Numbered from the stretch's first letter, positions 25,001 to 39,390 are shown. The stretch is 64,000 bases of DNA from Octopus bimaculoides (GCF_001194135.2 NC_068983.1:110111305-110175304), one strand, 5' to 3'. Numbers and translations are program-made. Notes: generated from the letters alone by a model not told the origin.

Positions 25001-25154
25001 CATCAGTGGGTCTATAGTTTTTTTTATTGGAAGACATAACTAGGCTTTTATTAAATTCATTCATTGGGATAGGACCATTTTGGGGCAACATCTTGAAAGG
25101 TTAGTTGATTAATTGAACTCAAAGATTCATTGTATTTCTTGTACTTATGCTATT

Positions 25155-25435
25155 GGTTTAGTTTTGTCGAACATCTCGCTGACGGGGACATAGAGTAGCA
25201 TCGATTATCAAGTGGTGCGACACTAATACAGATTAGTATACATAAATGCATTGAAACATATACAGATATACATATAAGCATACAAATACATTTACACGTA
25301 TAGCAAGCTTCAATACAGTTTCTAACTATCAGAGTGAATAATAAAGTATTGGTCGGCCGGACTATAGTAGAAAGGTTTTGCGTATTGAGACTGAATCCGA
25401 AGCCATGTAGTTGAGAACTTAACTTCTTTGCCACA
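25155..25435 (-). mobile_element. Old copy of CORE-type SINE family D
   Basis: Diverged colinear match to 27600-27947 (g.t.acggggac.taaa..c..catcg.t..tcaag...tg; ttggtcggcc..gactatagtagaa). Confidence 0.7.
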
Positions 25436-25590
25436 ATTGATTGCGCTTGATATTTTCTCTTTCCAGCAAAGTCATTTATTATATATCAAATTTCACCCGT
25501 AGCATACAAACTTATCCACTATGGATGTATTTACCAATGATACTTACAGTCCTCTCCCACCAATAACTTCCTCGAATATTCGGTTAATAT

Positions 25591-25643
<53 letters not shown>

Positions 25644-25682
25644 GTTATCGCCAAGCCAACATATATATATATATATAGGAAA

Positions 25683-25875
25683 AAGGCAGCAAGCTGGTAG
25701 AATCGTTAGCACAACAGGAAAATGCTTAGCGGCATTTCGCCAGTCTTTACGTATCGAGTGCAAATTCCGTCGAAGCTGGCTTTGTCATTCATCCCTTCGG
25801 TGTCGATGAAATAAGTACCACCTGAATAATGGGGCCGAAATTGCTGATCTTGTGCCAAAACCTGAAACAAATATC
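25683..25875 (+). mobile_element. SINE family B, diverged
   Basis: aaggcagcaagctggtagaatcgttagc...aaatgcttagcggcatttcg...cattcatcccttcggtgtcgatgaaataagtacc. Confidence 0.85.
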
Positions 25876-26007
25876 TATATAATTCATTAAAAAAATATAG
25901 GGAAATATATGAAACTCCAGTGTAGTAGTAGTAATATGGAGGAATGCGCTGTAACAGCGCGTTGCTGCATCCACCATCTTTTAGTGATTTCTTAGTCCTG
26001 GTCGATG

Positions 26008-26062
<55 letters not shown>

Positions 26063-26494
26063 AGTTTTAAAACAATGCAACAAAATATTTATTTGGCATT
26101 TTCTATTGCAAGTGCAACTCCTTTAAAAACTGTAGTTGTAGTAAAGACAAACAGCTACCATAGAATCAACTGACAAATCGAAAAATGGTCATTGGCAGAA
26201 TAGATCAAATAGTATCTAAACGTTCAGAGGTTCATTAGAAAGAACTGGGCAGATCATAGTCGCCCTTCTACGTCAGTAAAGAAAAGTTTACGATTTTCGG
26301 TTTAACTGACTCAGTTATAACACAAGGGATGGATGCCTTTTGCCAAAAAAGAATTATCTTTTCTGCTACAATCTTGACAATTTGTTTAATTTATTTAAAT
26401 GTGTGTTTAATCTAGATCTCATGCAACACATAGATTCGGTGACCTAGTATTAAAAATAATAAAGAAAACAAAGTCGGAAAGTCTATTTATTTCA

Positions 26495-26800
26495 CATAAT
26501 TTCGAAATTTGAAGTGCATTGCGGAGTTTAAAGGTATAAATTTTAGAGTTTGAGATTTTAAAAATCTTGTGTTTAAAAAAGTTTGCAAAAGAAAATCGAT
26601 TCGTGAAAATGAATGTAAAAAACTAAAATGAGGAACGGCAAACAAGTTATAAATTGATTTTTTGCTCATTATTCAAAATTTCAAGTGGGCTGCGGAGCAT
26701 AAAGATTTAAATTTAAGAACTTTAGATTTTAACACAGTTGTTTTAAAAAAATTTTGCAATAAAAACTATATTCTTAAAAATATATTCCGAAAATCTGTGT
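26495..26800. repeat. Diverged tandem duplication with ~171-bp period
   Basis: aaattt.aagtg...tgcggag..taaag.t.taaattt.aga.....agatttt appears at 26500-26590 and 26672-26760; gcggag anchors at 26521 and 26692. Confidence 0.7.
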
Positions 26801-26826
26801 AAAAAGCACCTTTTCCCCACCACCCT

Positions 26827-26865
<39 letters not shown>

Positions 26866-27519
26866 ACATTTATATATACATACATATATACGTGTACGTG
26901 TTTATAAATAACTATTATATATATACATATATATATACAGAGTAACCAACCTAAATAACCAAATAAAAATTCATAGTATGACATATCCCACCATAAAATG
27001 AAATATTTTTTAATCTGTAAAAATATAAAGTTTATAAAATATTCAACAAATTTAATGCAAAACATACTTTATTCTAACACTCCAAATCTTTGCGCGAAAC
27101 GTAACAAACTGCTACTGTCTTACCTATATTCCAAATATGCTTAACACAAAAACGAATATCTATAACTACACAAACACTAATGATTACGTATTAAACAGCA
27201 AATTTCAAAATCTTTGTACACCAAACTACTAAGTTAACAATTATCTGTGCTGTTAATTGCCCTTAATGCAAAAGTATTCCAAATATTCTTGTATTATTCG
27301 CAATTAAAACAGAAGCAACAACATAGCACTTCTGCACTCCAAATGAAACCCGAAACTGAAAAACGTTAATTACGACCTGATATTATTAATAGTCTGATGC
27401 TAGTTAGTTATTAATAATAACATACTGCATCTTAACTACCACTCCAAACGTACTTCCGCATCCCCACAAAAGCATTTAAGACATTCCAGCCTTTCAAACA
27501 TTTTCTCTATCCTGAAATG

Positions 27520-27738
27520 TTACTCTCTGTTAATCTTTTACTCTTTTACTTGTTTCAGTCATTTGACTGCGGCCATGCTGGAGCGCCGCCTTTTAGTCGA
27601 GCAAATCGACCCCAGGACTTATTCTTCGGAAGCCTAGTACTTATTCTTCTATCGATCTCTTTTGCCGAACCGCTAAGTTACGGGGACGTAAACACACCAC
27701 CATCGGTTGTCAAGCGATGTTGGGGGGGGGCACATACA

Positions 27739-27790
<52 letters not shown>

Positions 27791-27947
27791 CATATATACG
27801 ATGGGCTTTCAGTTTCCGTCTACCAAATCCATTCACAAGGCTTTGGTCGGCTCGAGTAGAAGACACTTGCCCAAGGTGCCATGCAGTGGGAATGAACCCG
27901 GAACCATGTGGTTGGTAAGCAAGCTACTTACCACACAGCCACTCCTG
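27520..27947 (-). mobile_element. Full-length CORE-type tRNA SINE (family D) with internal (TG)n
   Basis: Head caggagtggctgtgtggtaagtagcttg...ccgggttcattcccactgc, CORE-like ggcaccttgggcaagtgtcttct, and tail cagcatggccgcagtcaaatgactgaaacaagtaaaagagtaa. Confidence 0.9.
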
Positions 27948-30149
27948 ATAACTTATATAATACTTTAACTTATACTATGTGTAGGTGTCAACAAATCTAT
28001 TGTCCTATATGATCTTTTCATTCTATTCTACTTTATTAATAGAATTTACGCATGTGATATTTTATATAACACATTTTTGTGTAAATATAGATAGGTGATC
28101 TTCCTTTCTTACATATTTCACTATTGAACTAAACTTCCTAATAATCATAAATTTGTAAATGTGTTTCTAACTTCCTGCAACCTCTAGCTTTAAATGTAAT
28201 TGCCTAAATTATCGTTTCTTGTTATATAGACACCACTATCCTTCCGATTCTACAGTTTTTGACTACTGTTAAGAGGCTATCAGCTAGCGTATTAACTAAT
28301 ACAGTAAACTCCCTTGTAATCACAGCTTTGACCTGACACCATTAATTCGCTAATAATATCCTAAGTAGTTCACATTTAGGTGCAGATGACAATATTTCTA
28401 GCTTTCTATATTATTTCTGAAGCAATTTTGTTATTGTCCAATATATCAGTACGTATTCACATTAATCCCACTAAACCCTCCTGTAAATACTTTTAAAATG
28501 AAATATCCACTTCGTTATATGAGCCTCTCCTTTAACAAACAGTCTTAAAAGTTGAGATCACTCTCATGTAATTAGATTACATGTAATAAGATTTATAATA
28601 TTAACACAATTAATACTAGCTTATTTCTTCATCCAGAAATATTGATATCATTATAAATATTATTACAGTATTTATTACTCTAGCAACAATACTATAGATT
28701 GTAATACTATAGATTACATATCTTGCATTATATCTTTAAAGGATAAAGATTATGCGTAATGCTAATACATATTTTTCATTAAACTTCACAAATCTACTTC
28801 ATCATAAACATTCTCATAATATTTTAAAAACTTTATATTTAATATTATCCAATTCTAGATAACTACAAAATAGACATAGTAGACAATTCAACCTTACCAC
28901 CCACATACACAAACCTTTCAGAATTATTCGACTCGTTTATTAAAATACACAGAAAGGAAATGAATAATCTAATAATGTTAGGTTTATCAAACGATATCGA
29001 AATTATATCTTAATCTTCTCCAGTAATCGTTATTCTTTCACAAGCCTTACATTCCAAAATCGTTTCATTCTAACTCGCTCTTCACACATGTGATATATTT
29101 TCCAAAAGATCTGAACTTTAAAATTCTATCGTTAACACACACACACACATACACACACACACACGTACGCACACATGCACACACACACAGACACACACAC
29201 ACACACACACACACAGGCACACACGCACACACACATACACACACACACACGCACACACACGCACACACACACAAACGCACGCACACACACACACACACGC
29301 ACACACACGCANNNNNNNNNNNNNNNNNNNNNNNNNNNNNNNNNNNNNNNNNNNNNNNNNNNNNNNNNNNNNNNNNNNNNNNNNNNNNNNNNNNCACACA
29401 CACAAATAATACTTTTCACGGAAGACGTTGATAGTGATTTCGAAGCTTTGGTCATCAGAATGTCAGACAGTCTACTGAGATCTAGTAAACCCAAATTTCG
29501 GAGTCATTGCGAATATTTTCTCATAAAAATTAAAATCTATATATGGAACAAAATCTATATATGGAACAAAATCAGAAAGGAGAAAGCTAATTCGAAAACT
29601 ACAGATCCAGTCCATCATAGGAACTGTAAAAATCTGTAAAACTTTCCCTAAGTTTATAATTTAAATATATATGAGCATGTCTAGATATGCAATTATATGC
29701 ATGAGAATATATACATAAAATATACAAATCTGCAGATACATACATACATACATGCAAACTAAAATACCCTGTTGTTGATGTTGAAATTCCAATGAAGAAG
29801 CCTTAGATCTAGGTTAGAAACCGTTTTTTTCTCTAATGGCAAGAAATCTTGAAATAAACTGAATAATGACATGCATTCATACATACATACATACATACTA
29901 TATACGTACATACTATATACATACATACATACACACATGCACACCTACCTACTTAGCAACCTACCTAGTTACCTACCTACCTACCTACCTACCTACCTAC
30001 CTACCTACCTACCTACCTACCAACCTGCAAGGATTTTACACAAAGCTCATTTAACTACACATACACACACACACACACACGTACTCATAAGTACATGCAT
30101 ATATACATGTATACATACGAGCACGTGCATAATTGGCGCACTTGATTTT

Positions 30150-30580
30150 GTGAATAAATGCGTGACAATCTAAATAAGCGAGGGTATTCAGGAAAGGAAA
30201 TCAAGCAACTGACTCGCACATTACAAATACAATCCACAAGTGGAACAGTAAAAACATGCAAGGCTTTCCTCAAGTTTAGACTCTTATATTGTTTTTGTTA
30301 TCTATATTCCAGCGATGGCACTTTGTATCTTTGTTAGAAACCAGCTCCTTCTTCAGAGGAATAATTATTATAATTAAAAACAGAAGAGAACGCACAAGCA
30401 AAAAGAATAAAGAAAACTAATCTCTTTTCTCCAAATGCAATCAACCAATGGTGCAGTTAAAAATTCTAAAACGCTCCAGTGATCTTCTGTGTAAGTTTCC
30501 CTTACAAAACATTGAAAATGATGTAAACAGTTCCAGGGTCCTCCACTATATTGAATTTCTTGATCCAGACATATGCACAC
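30150..30580 (-). mobile_element. Possible very old Penelope endonuclease/pLTR remnant
   Basis: GTVYIIFNVL*GKLTQKITG resembles GIY-YIG VYxIxC..C.K.Y.G.TG. There is a short internal direct repeat (30225-30255 vs 30430-30460) and a truncated CUGAAGA-AGGAGC motif at ~30345-30357. Confidence 0.35.
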
Positions 30581-31100
30581 ATTCATATACACATATAAAA
30601 TGCGTGAACACACCCACACATAAGCGTAAAGCACAAAGATTTGTATAGTAAAGTGTAAAAAGTGTGAAACATAGGTACTTGTATATTGAAGAAAAGCAAT
30701 ATCTAGCGCACAGATACAAACTATTCATGAGCACAAATAAGCACACACACACATACACACACATACACACAGACACACACACATACACAAACACAGACAT
30801 AAACATATATGTATATATATATAAATATTATATATCATATTATATTATATTATTTTATATATTATATTATAATCATATAATTATATTATATTATACAAAA
30901 TGTAAAAAGTGTGANNNNNNNNNNNNNNNNNNNNNNNNNNNNNNNNNNNNNNNNNNNNNNNNNNNNNNNNNNNNNNNNNNNNNNNNNNNNNNNNNNNNNN
31001 NNNNNNNNNNNNNNNNNNNNNNNNNNNNNNNNNNNNNNNNNNNNNNNNNNNNNNNNNNNNNNNNNNNNNNNNNNNNNNNNNNNNNNNNNNNNNATTACAT

Positions 31101-31135
<35 letters not shown>

Positions 31136-31269
31136 CTGTGTGTGTGATTTGTGTGTGTGTGTATAAATGATATATAAATATAATGTAATATGATATAATA
31201 TAGTATGATATAATATCATGCTGTGATCATTGCCAGTCTGTCTCCTATAGGTAGAAACAAGAAGCACCA

Positions 31270-32580
31270 CCACCTCCAAAACACTCGCTTTGACTAGAAC
31301 AAAACAAACTGGAACTATTATTGGGATGAGTTACATCGCCCAAACTGGTTTGAATTTTACGATTCTGAAGACGTCAATCCTGTCTTTTAAAATATCCTCA
31401 ATGCAATCTGGGCTGCACGCGAAGCATCAGTGCCGCGCAAACGATCTAAAAATTCAGAAAGTAAAATTTAAGAGACTGCAGCAGTTCGACTCACCAGGAA
31501 AGATTGTCGTGATGCTGAACAGAAATATAGACAGCATAGAACAGATGAGAATAGAAGAATACGCAATACATCATCCAACCATCTCAAGCAAGTGACAAAA
31601 AAAGAAAAAGCAATGCTTGAGTTTGTACAACATATAGCAACCAGCCCTGACAGTAAAGTGTTCTAGAAATATGTGCGTTCGAAGTAGAGACCTCACTTTC
31701 CAGTTGTCCCTCTTTACAATCCCCACACAGATCGCATTAGTGATGATCCCAGGGAATGTGCTGAGCTTATTGCTGAATGCTATGCTGGCATTTTCACTGT
31801 TGAAAATCTAAATGTATCGTCTTCACCAACTCTCACACCAAATCCCATAACGTCTGTGAAAAACACACCCGAAATGCTGCGACGCCACCTCAGAAGTAAG
31901 CGCAACTATGTCTCTACTGGTCTTGATGGTGTTACTTATTTGTTTATCAAATGTGGCGGATTCTTTCTTTTCACCAGCTTTCACTCTTCTTTCAATTCTA
32001 CCTTAGCAACTGTATCACTCTAGAGCCTGGAAAATTGCCAGCGTTATTTCGCTGTTCAAAATAAGCGATTGCACATCACCTGTCAACTACTGTCCAATCA
32101 GCCTTACTAGCTGAGTCACCAAACTGATGGGGTCCCGTGTCAGAGAAACACTCTGGAACTTTTGGGACTCTCACAGCCTTGTTCGACCGTCACAATTTAG
32201 TTTTATCCCTAACGCCAATTACTGTAGCCAACTAATCGAGTTTCTTGAAAACATCACTCGAGTTACTGATGGCGGCTACATTATTTACATTGACTTTGCT
32301 AAAGCCTTCAATCCTGTCCCATAACAACGACTCATGGCAAAGCTCTCTGCAATGGGTGTGGAAGATGATCTCTATAACTGGCTGAAGTTCTTCATTCTCG
32401 GTCAGAAAGAGGTAGTTACAGTTCTAGGACATCATTCTTCACCCTACGAGATGACTTCTGGTGCACCACAGGGATCCGTTCTTGAACCCCTACTGTTTGT
32501 TGCATATATTAATGACATATATGCTAACTTGAGAAATGTTACAGTCTTGAAATATGCAACTTGGTTAGTCGTCAGCTAGA
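31270..32580 (+). mobile_element. CR1/L2-like LINE RT relic, truncated at the YADD motif
   Basis: KVF*KYVRSK, IYIDFAKAFNPVP, SGAPQGSVLEPLLFVAYINDI and LKYA. Multiple stops and frameshifts. Confidence 0.9.
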
Positions 32581-33648
32581 ATTCTCCAAATGAAAAAGAA
32601 ATCCTAATGAAAACACATGCCTACACGCACACGCACGCACGCACACACACACACACACACACTTAAACACACACACATGCACACACACACATGCACACAA
32701 TCATACGCACGCACATATACACACATGTACATACACGCACCCACACAATCACACGCAGGCACACATACACACCACACACATACACGTGCAGTGTAAAGTG
32801 AGTCTGCTAACAGAGTGTTAAGTAAAGTGTGACGGGTAAATTGAAATCTAAGGCTATAGGCTTTGAAAGCGATTGGGTGTTGATACGGACTTCGAACTCT
32901 CAGAACCTTATATATATATATATATNNNNNNNNNNNNNNNNNNNNNNNNNNNNNNNNNNNNNNNNNNNNNNNNNNNNNNNNNNNNNNNNNNNNNNNNNNN
33001 NNNNNNNNNNNNNNNNNNNNNNNNNNNNNNNNNNNNNNNNNNNNNNNNNNNNNNNNNNNNNNNNNNNNNNNNNNNNNNNNNNNNNNNNNNNNNNNNNNNN
33101 NNNNNNNNNNNNNNNNNNNNNNNNNNNNNNNNNNNNNNNNNNNNNNNNNNNNNNNNNNNNNNNNNNNNNNNNNNNNNNNNNNNNNNNNNNNNNNNNNNNN
33201 NNNNNNNNNNNNNNNNNNNNNNNNNNNNNNNNNNNNNNNNNNNNNNNNNNNNNNNNNNNNNNNNNNNNNNNNNNNNNNNNNAATTCCTTATGTACTTTGT
33301 AGTTCTATATGTAAACCATGTTGGCAAAATAACATAGTCTGCCATGGATACCTGTGCTTTGGTTCTTTCTTTCTTTTTCTTTTCTTCCTCTCTTTTGTCA
33401 CTTTTGCTATGTATTAAATTAATGAATTCAACGGGATACACCGTCTGCAAGTAGTTGGGTTCAGCATATTATCCTCCATTTTCTAATTGTTACACAAATT
33501 TTGGGTAAAACCTCCACTTTTACCCGCTCCCATTGATTGCACCTAGTATAGCACTAGCGTAGCAATAATTGGGTACCCTCCCAGCAGTATACTGGATAGA
33601 TACTATCCCTTAGTGGGTTGTACCCCCAACCCCTAACTCTCTCACGTT

Positions 33649-33679
<31 letters not shown>

Positions 33680-35129
33680 TTGACCTAGGCATCCGTTGAA
33701 CCGCTATATTGTTATATAACGCTTCTTTGGCATCTTTGCGTGGAACATATGGCATTTATGATTCTCAAGGTCTGACAATAGGAATTTCTTTCAAAAAGAG
33801 CAAGACAAGTACACAGGAAAAAAACAGAGAGAAATAGAGTGAGGAGGAGTCAGAATTGTCAGTGAGAGAAGAGACTGCAGTAGTAATTGAACCCAGAACA
33901 CTGAGAGGCAATATATATATATGACGCTCTGACAATTCTTCTAATACCTTGCCCTACAGAAATACACGCACAAACTCAGACATACATCCCCATTCATATA
34001 TATACACAACCATATACATATATGTGCATATTTGCATACATACAGACAAATACGCACACAAACATGTTAGCCGAAAGACAATTTGATAAAAAAATATAGC
34101 GATAGTGAAGCAAGAATATGCGCTGCATTTTTGATATTTTTCGAACATATTAGTAAAAAAAAAAAATTGTAAGAAAAATAAAAAGTGATGCAGTGATTTA
34201 TTGATATTTGAATTAGTAGGTTATGAAAAATCTTTACAATTCGATGCTGGGTTAAGAAAGTTATTTGCCGTGAACTATAAGTTATAAGCATTCACGTCAC
34301 GAAATCGCTAGTATCCTTTCTTTTTGAAAGTTATGCTGGGCACACAATCATTGAGGTCGGAGTCCCTTGAATTATTCGATGCTAGAAATACATATTACTG
34401 GGATGATGCGGACCGTGACGATGCTACACATATTTATTATTGAGTGATGAGTGTGTTGGTTGGTAGAGCGTGGAGTAAATTAGTCTGTAGAAATTAGTTA
34501 CGCTATTTACGGCAATTAGTTAAATTAGTTACGGCAATAAATTAGTTTAAAATTAGTGGAGATTAAGATTGATGAATTTTATTTCAATATAATTTCTTAT
34601 AAAATGGCAGATGACTTGAAAACAATATGAAATATACTGCTTTAAAATTATTAAAAATAGTTTTAAAATAAAAACAAAATATAAAATAATAACCTATTAT
34701 AATTACTTGATATTTGATATAAGTTCTAAAATATTAAATTAAACTTTGTCTTTCGACCAATAAACATGCGGCATATGCGTTTCTAAGGAATATATTTTCA
34801 GTAAAATTGCCGCATCCGGTTCATACACATATTTAATTGTATGTGTACATATGTATATATGTATGTGTGTGTGTGTGTGTGTATGTGTGTGTGTGTGTGT
34901 GTGCGTGTGTGTGTGTGTGTGTGTGTCTGTGTGTGCAAACGTCCATACACACATGAACACATAATACGTAACAGAAAAGTAACTTGTTACGAGTCATTTA
35001 AATTTCATAGATAATATTTATTCTCATCGTGTTTCTCCGTCTTCAGTTCGTTATTCAATGTTCAATGCTTCTACTGGCGTACGTATGTATGTATGTATGT
35101 ATGTATGTATGTATGTATGTATGTATGTG

Positions 35130-35460
35130 CATATAACTTTCTTATTTGTCTTCTTTTCTAATGTTAGCACTATTCCTTCTCCAGTTTGCAAATGTGCCAG
35201 AATTCGTATTGATTGTCTTCTCTCTTTGACCGTTGGCCTTCTATTACTTGATTCTTCTTGTTACTCCTTACTTCCCTTATCCTGCACTATTATTGTGTTT
35301 CTGTCTGTTTGTCTATCTGTCTTCATACAATATTATTATTCAATAATGTCAGTGAGCGCTTCTCTCTCCAGCGAAAGGTTCTGCTCGAGCGTTAGAGTGT
35401 TCATTCTCACTTTATGTCCTCTTACGAACTGTTTGTATGTACTAATTGCCGATGCAGGCA
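35130..35460 (-). mobile_element. Penelope-like RT N-terminal relic
   Basis: QNLSLEREALTDI...NTIIVQDKGS resembles NLxxxExxAL..L...II..ADKG. Confidence 0.45.
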
Positions 35461-36151
35461 ATCACAACTTCAGTTGGGTTCTTGTTTTACGTAGACAAAG
35501 GGTAATATATTTATTTGCAATGTATTCCAGTTTCAAATTATAAAAACAAAACAAAAATAGAACAATGCTTACGTAAGTTTTCATGCATGTATTAAGAACG
35601 TTTTATTCTTCAACTTTCCATCTTCATAAGTTCGGTTTATGCGATGATGTGGTCTCTTTATTCATCGGACCAATTTCATCATTGTTGTCGAGTCTCATAA
35701 TGATTTCTATCACATAATATACCGTGCTGAAATCAACCAAGGCATCAAACTGAAATGCCTCGGCAGTTTAGCCTGCCAGAGTTATTTAGTGATTGCGAAA
35801 TGATTCATTTGTTAATGTCTTACAGGCTTCATTTACGTAAGCACCTCTGTATAATTTATAAATGAGGCACATTATACATATTCAATCACCGCTCACAATA
35901 TATAGTATTAAATGGGCAATCTTTTTAAGCAGTACAGTCGTTCAACAAAGGAACAAAGGGATATGCAGATGGCAATTAGTTAATACAATGTTCATTATGT
36001 CCATCGTTGACAGAAAGTGTCTATTGGACTTTTGATACTTTATAGAAGCAGACTATGTGTAAATTCTCATACTCTTTACATAGAAGTTACAGTTACTGGG
36101 AAAATCATTGTTTACAAGCTTTCGACAACTATTCAGTAATATTTTTGTTGT

Positions 36152-36366
36152 AAGGCAGGAAGCTGGTAGAAACGTTAGTACGCCGGGCGAAATGCTTAGT
36201 GGTATTTCGTCTGTCTTTATGTTCTGAGTTCAAATTCCGCCGAGGTCGACTTTGCCTTTCATCCTTTCGGGGTCGATGAATTAAGTACCAGTTGCGTACT
36301 GGGGTCGATCTAATCGATTGCCCCTTCACCCAAAATTTCGGGCCTTATACCTAGAGTAGAAAAGAA
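36152..36366 (+). mobile_element. SINE family B, near full-length
   Basis: A-box/B-box head (gagttcaaattccgcc) followed by gactttgcctttcatcctttcggggtcgatgaattaagtaccag. Confidence 0.92.
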
Positions 36367-36682
36367 TATTTCTGTTGTTCAAAAGTTACAGTTCACTCTT
36401 AATAAATAGCTAGTGAAAGATGCTCAGAGTGTTGCATATAAAGGGTTTTGGATGAATTGATTTCGAACCAGAGTCAAGTTTAAAGAAAGCAGCAGTAATT
36501 TTTCTTATTTTAGTGTAACGTTGAATTTATTAACTGAACGTATAATCTACTTTACAATCTTTCTAACCCCTTACTTAGAGAAAATTTGCACCGAAAATAT
36601 AGTACACCCACATATGTGTATATGTATAGGTCTAAAGTATTATATATATATATATATATATGAGAATATTTATGGGAATGAA

Positions 36683-36830
36683 GGTGGTGAAGTGGCAAAA
36701 TTGTTAGCACGCCGAGCAAAATGCTTAGCAGCATTTCGTCCGTCTTTACGTTCTGTGTTCAAATTCTGCTGAGAACGACTTTGCCTTTCGAAGGCCTTGC
36801 AACAAAATACGAAATCAATATTTAGTGCGA
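36683..36830 (+). mobile_element. SINE family B with internal deletion
   Basis: Head through gactttgcctttc, then a jump to ggccttgcaacaaaatacgaaatcaat. Confidence 0.8.
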
Positions 36831-37399
36831 CGTTTTTATTTCCCTTTCATACGCTTTCTCTTTTCCTTTTCGTCTATCTTCCCTGTCACATCACCTTACC
36901 CCTCTCTTACTTTTTCTGCCTACTCTCTTTCCTTTACTATTCTCCCTCTTTCTCTCGTTCTGTGCTCCCCTCCTTTATTCTCCTTTCTTTCTCCCTACTA
37001 TCTGTCCTATATCCTTCTGCATTTTCTTTTTGCTATCTTCCTCCTTTCTTCCTTTATTTTGTTTACATCGCTTCCTCGACATTTTTCTCAGCTCTTCACT
37101 ACTTGTTTTTTGTCTTTCCCCTCCTTTTTCGGTAACACGTGACCATCTCATTTCTCCTTTCAGCCTTCGTTTTCGTGCTTGGCTGCTTACTTGTATGGCT
37201 CTCACCTTAGCATTTACTTTCAGCCCTGGGTCGTTGCTATTTTTTCTACTTTTTGTTTTAACTTTCACTCTACTTTCTTTTTCAAGTCCTAAGGGACGTC
37301 ATTTTCAATTAGCATTATTTCTACACGTTTTGTCTCCAGGCTGTCTTCTAGTCTTAAGGCCTTTACGTATATGCATACGTTTTATATGTACCAACTACT

Positions 37400-37660
37400 T
37401 GTGTTGTTTTCCGTTATGTCTTATCTTATTCTATAATCGTTTAGCGTTTGTCTGTGTCACCGTCCTCTACGTTCATTCATTTATTCGCAACAACATTTTG
37501 CTATCAAGCTCACCAATATGAACAATCTTATTGTTAAAGGCGGGAAGTTGATATGATGTTTGGACGATGATTGAAGAGGGAAGAGCATATCTATGTCTTG
37601 TGTGTGCTTTCCGTATATTACTTTGTCGTCTTTCTGTACAATTTTTGATCAGAATGAGTG
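37400..37660 (-). mobile_element. Penelope-like RT thumb relic
   Basis: VIYGKHTQDIDMLFPLQSSSKHH resembles VYRKPT...YL...SSHP.H. A CT-rich low-complexity tract lies at 36830-37270. Confidence 0.4.
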
Positions 37661-37881
37661 AAAGGAAAAGACAGATACAAACGGTATTATACATAAACCC
37701 CTATGCGCACACTTAAAAGACACACATACACATACCTAAGAGGAAATGGGAAAAATATATAAAATAGAAAGATATATAAGCAAAGAAATGAAAAAAGTAA
37801 ATAAAGGGCACGGATATTTACAATATAGTAAGCAAACCCATACACACACACACATAAAACACATAGACACGCGTATACACG

Positions 37882-37927
<46 letters not shown>

Positions 37928-37937
37928 NNNNNNNNNN

Positions 37938-37977
<40 letters not shown>

Positions 37978-38081
37978 GAATCAAACTCATGTGCAGGTAA
38001 GGGTACACACCATAGAAAGACAGAATGAACTAAACAGAACTGGAGGAAATACGTGGGATGGAGAATCACTGACGAGGTTAC

Positions 38082-38141
<60 letters not shown>

Positions 38142-39199
38142 TATGTAAGATCAATATGTGTATATTACTACTTATGCAAAATAGATTGGCTATTGAGCGA
38201 CACTATCTCTGAGAATTAAGCAAGAATATTTATAATAGTGATTAACAAAACTCCGCACAACTACTATAACTTAGATCGTTATCTGCTCTTTATAGGCATT
38301 TAGTCAAATAAGGCTCTTTATTGTTTTTTTTTACATACAATTTCAAAAGAACTGCACAAGTATCATGATCATAGACAATAACCAGAACAGTTGTTTGTAA
38401 ATCTGACAACCTATGTATTGATTTTATTTTATAATATTTTTAGTAGAATTTAAACGTAACTTGCTTAGAAATTAAAACTAGAAGCATAGGCTAACTATTA
38501 GAACATTGTATATAGTTTCCTTTTTGCATTATAACCAAATTGAATTATTTCTGATTATTTTTCAAATTTAAGACAGAAGGTGCTGTCTTTGAGTTATTTT
38601 TTAAACGTTCAGGAAATAGAGGAGTAATGCAATTCTACAAATACTATCATGGCTATATTTGATATTGATTCCAACATAAGTAGAATCGATATTTCCCTTT
38701 TATAGATGGTTCTTTTCAAGTGAGCGTACATTATAAGTTTGGAGAAGTGGCATCGACTGACTGATGATAAATTTAGCCTGTTCATTGAATAATATATTTT
38801 ACAAGATTCTTCTCTAGTTAAAAAACAACAAACCTTTTCTTTCTACCTCTCGAAGCAATGCCAAGGTAATATCTTTGAAACCCCACTTATATTGTTACAT
38901 TTGAAGTGATTATAATTTAATTTTGTTTATGGTAAGTATAGTTTCGTTATCAGAAAATACTTTCGTTTTTTTATATGCAGCTTGATTGACAATCGCATTA
39001 CAACACCAGTAACAAGATAAATATCGGTTGATGTTTATTTCACAAAACATCAATAAGTTATAGGAGTTTACTGATTTTGTTTTTAGAATAAGTGTTTTAT
39101 TTCTTCTGTCTGATTAAAGGCAAACAGGAAACTTAGAATATAATCAGCTTCGATATCAAAGATATTTTATACGTTTATTATTTTGTTATATGTATTAAG

Positions 39200-39390
39200 G
39201 AAGTGGATAGCAGAAGCGATGGTGTTCTGGGCAAAATGTCTGGCAGTGTTTAGTTACCACTGTGTGGTTGACTTTGCCTTTCAAATTTCTGAGGTTGATA
39301 ATAAGTATCGATAACGTAGTAGTATCGATTAAATCGATGCTATCCCATCCTTTCACATTTTTAACCTCGTGTCAACGTGAAGAACCAATT
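39200..39390 (+). mobile_element. Very old SINE family B copy
   Basis: ttgactttgcctttcaaatttctgaggttgataataagtatc. Confidence 0.6.

Noticed and set aside
29401-29639. Protein-like frame TEDVDSDFEALVIRMSDSLLRSSKPKF
   Set aside because: No usable splice acceptor (preceded by CA repeats and a gap) and no recognised homolog.
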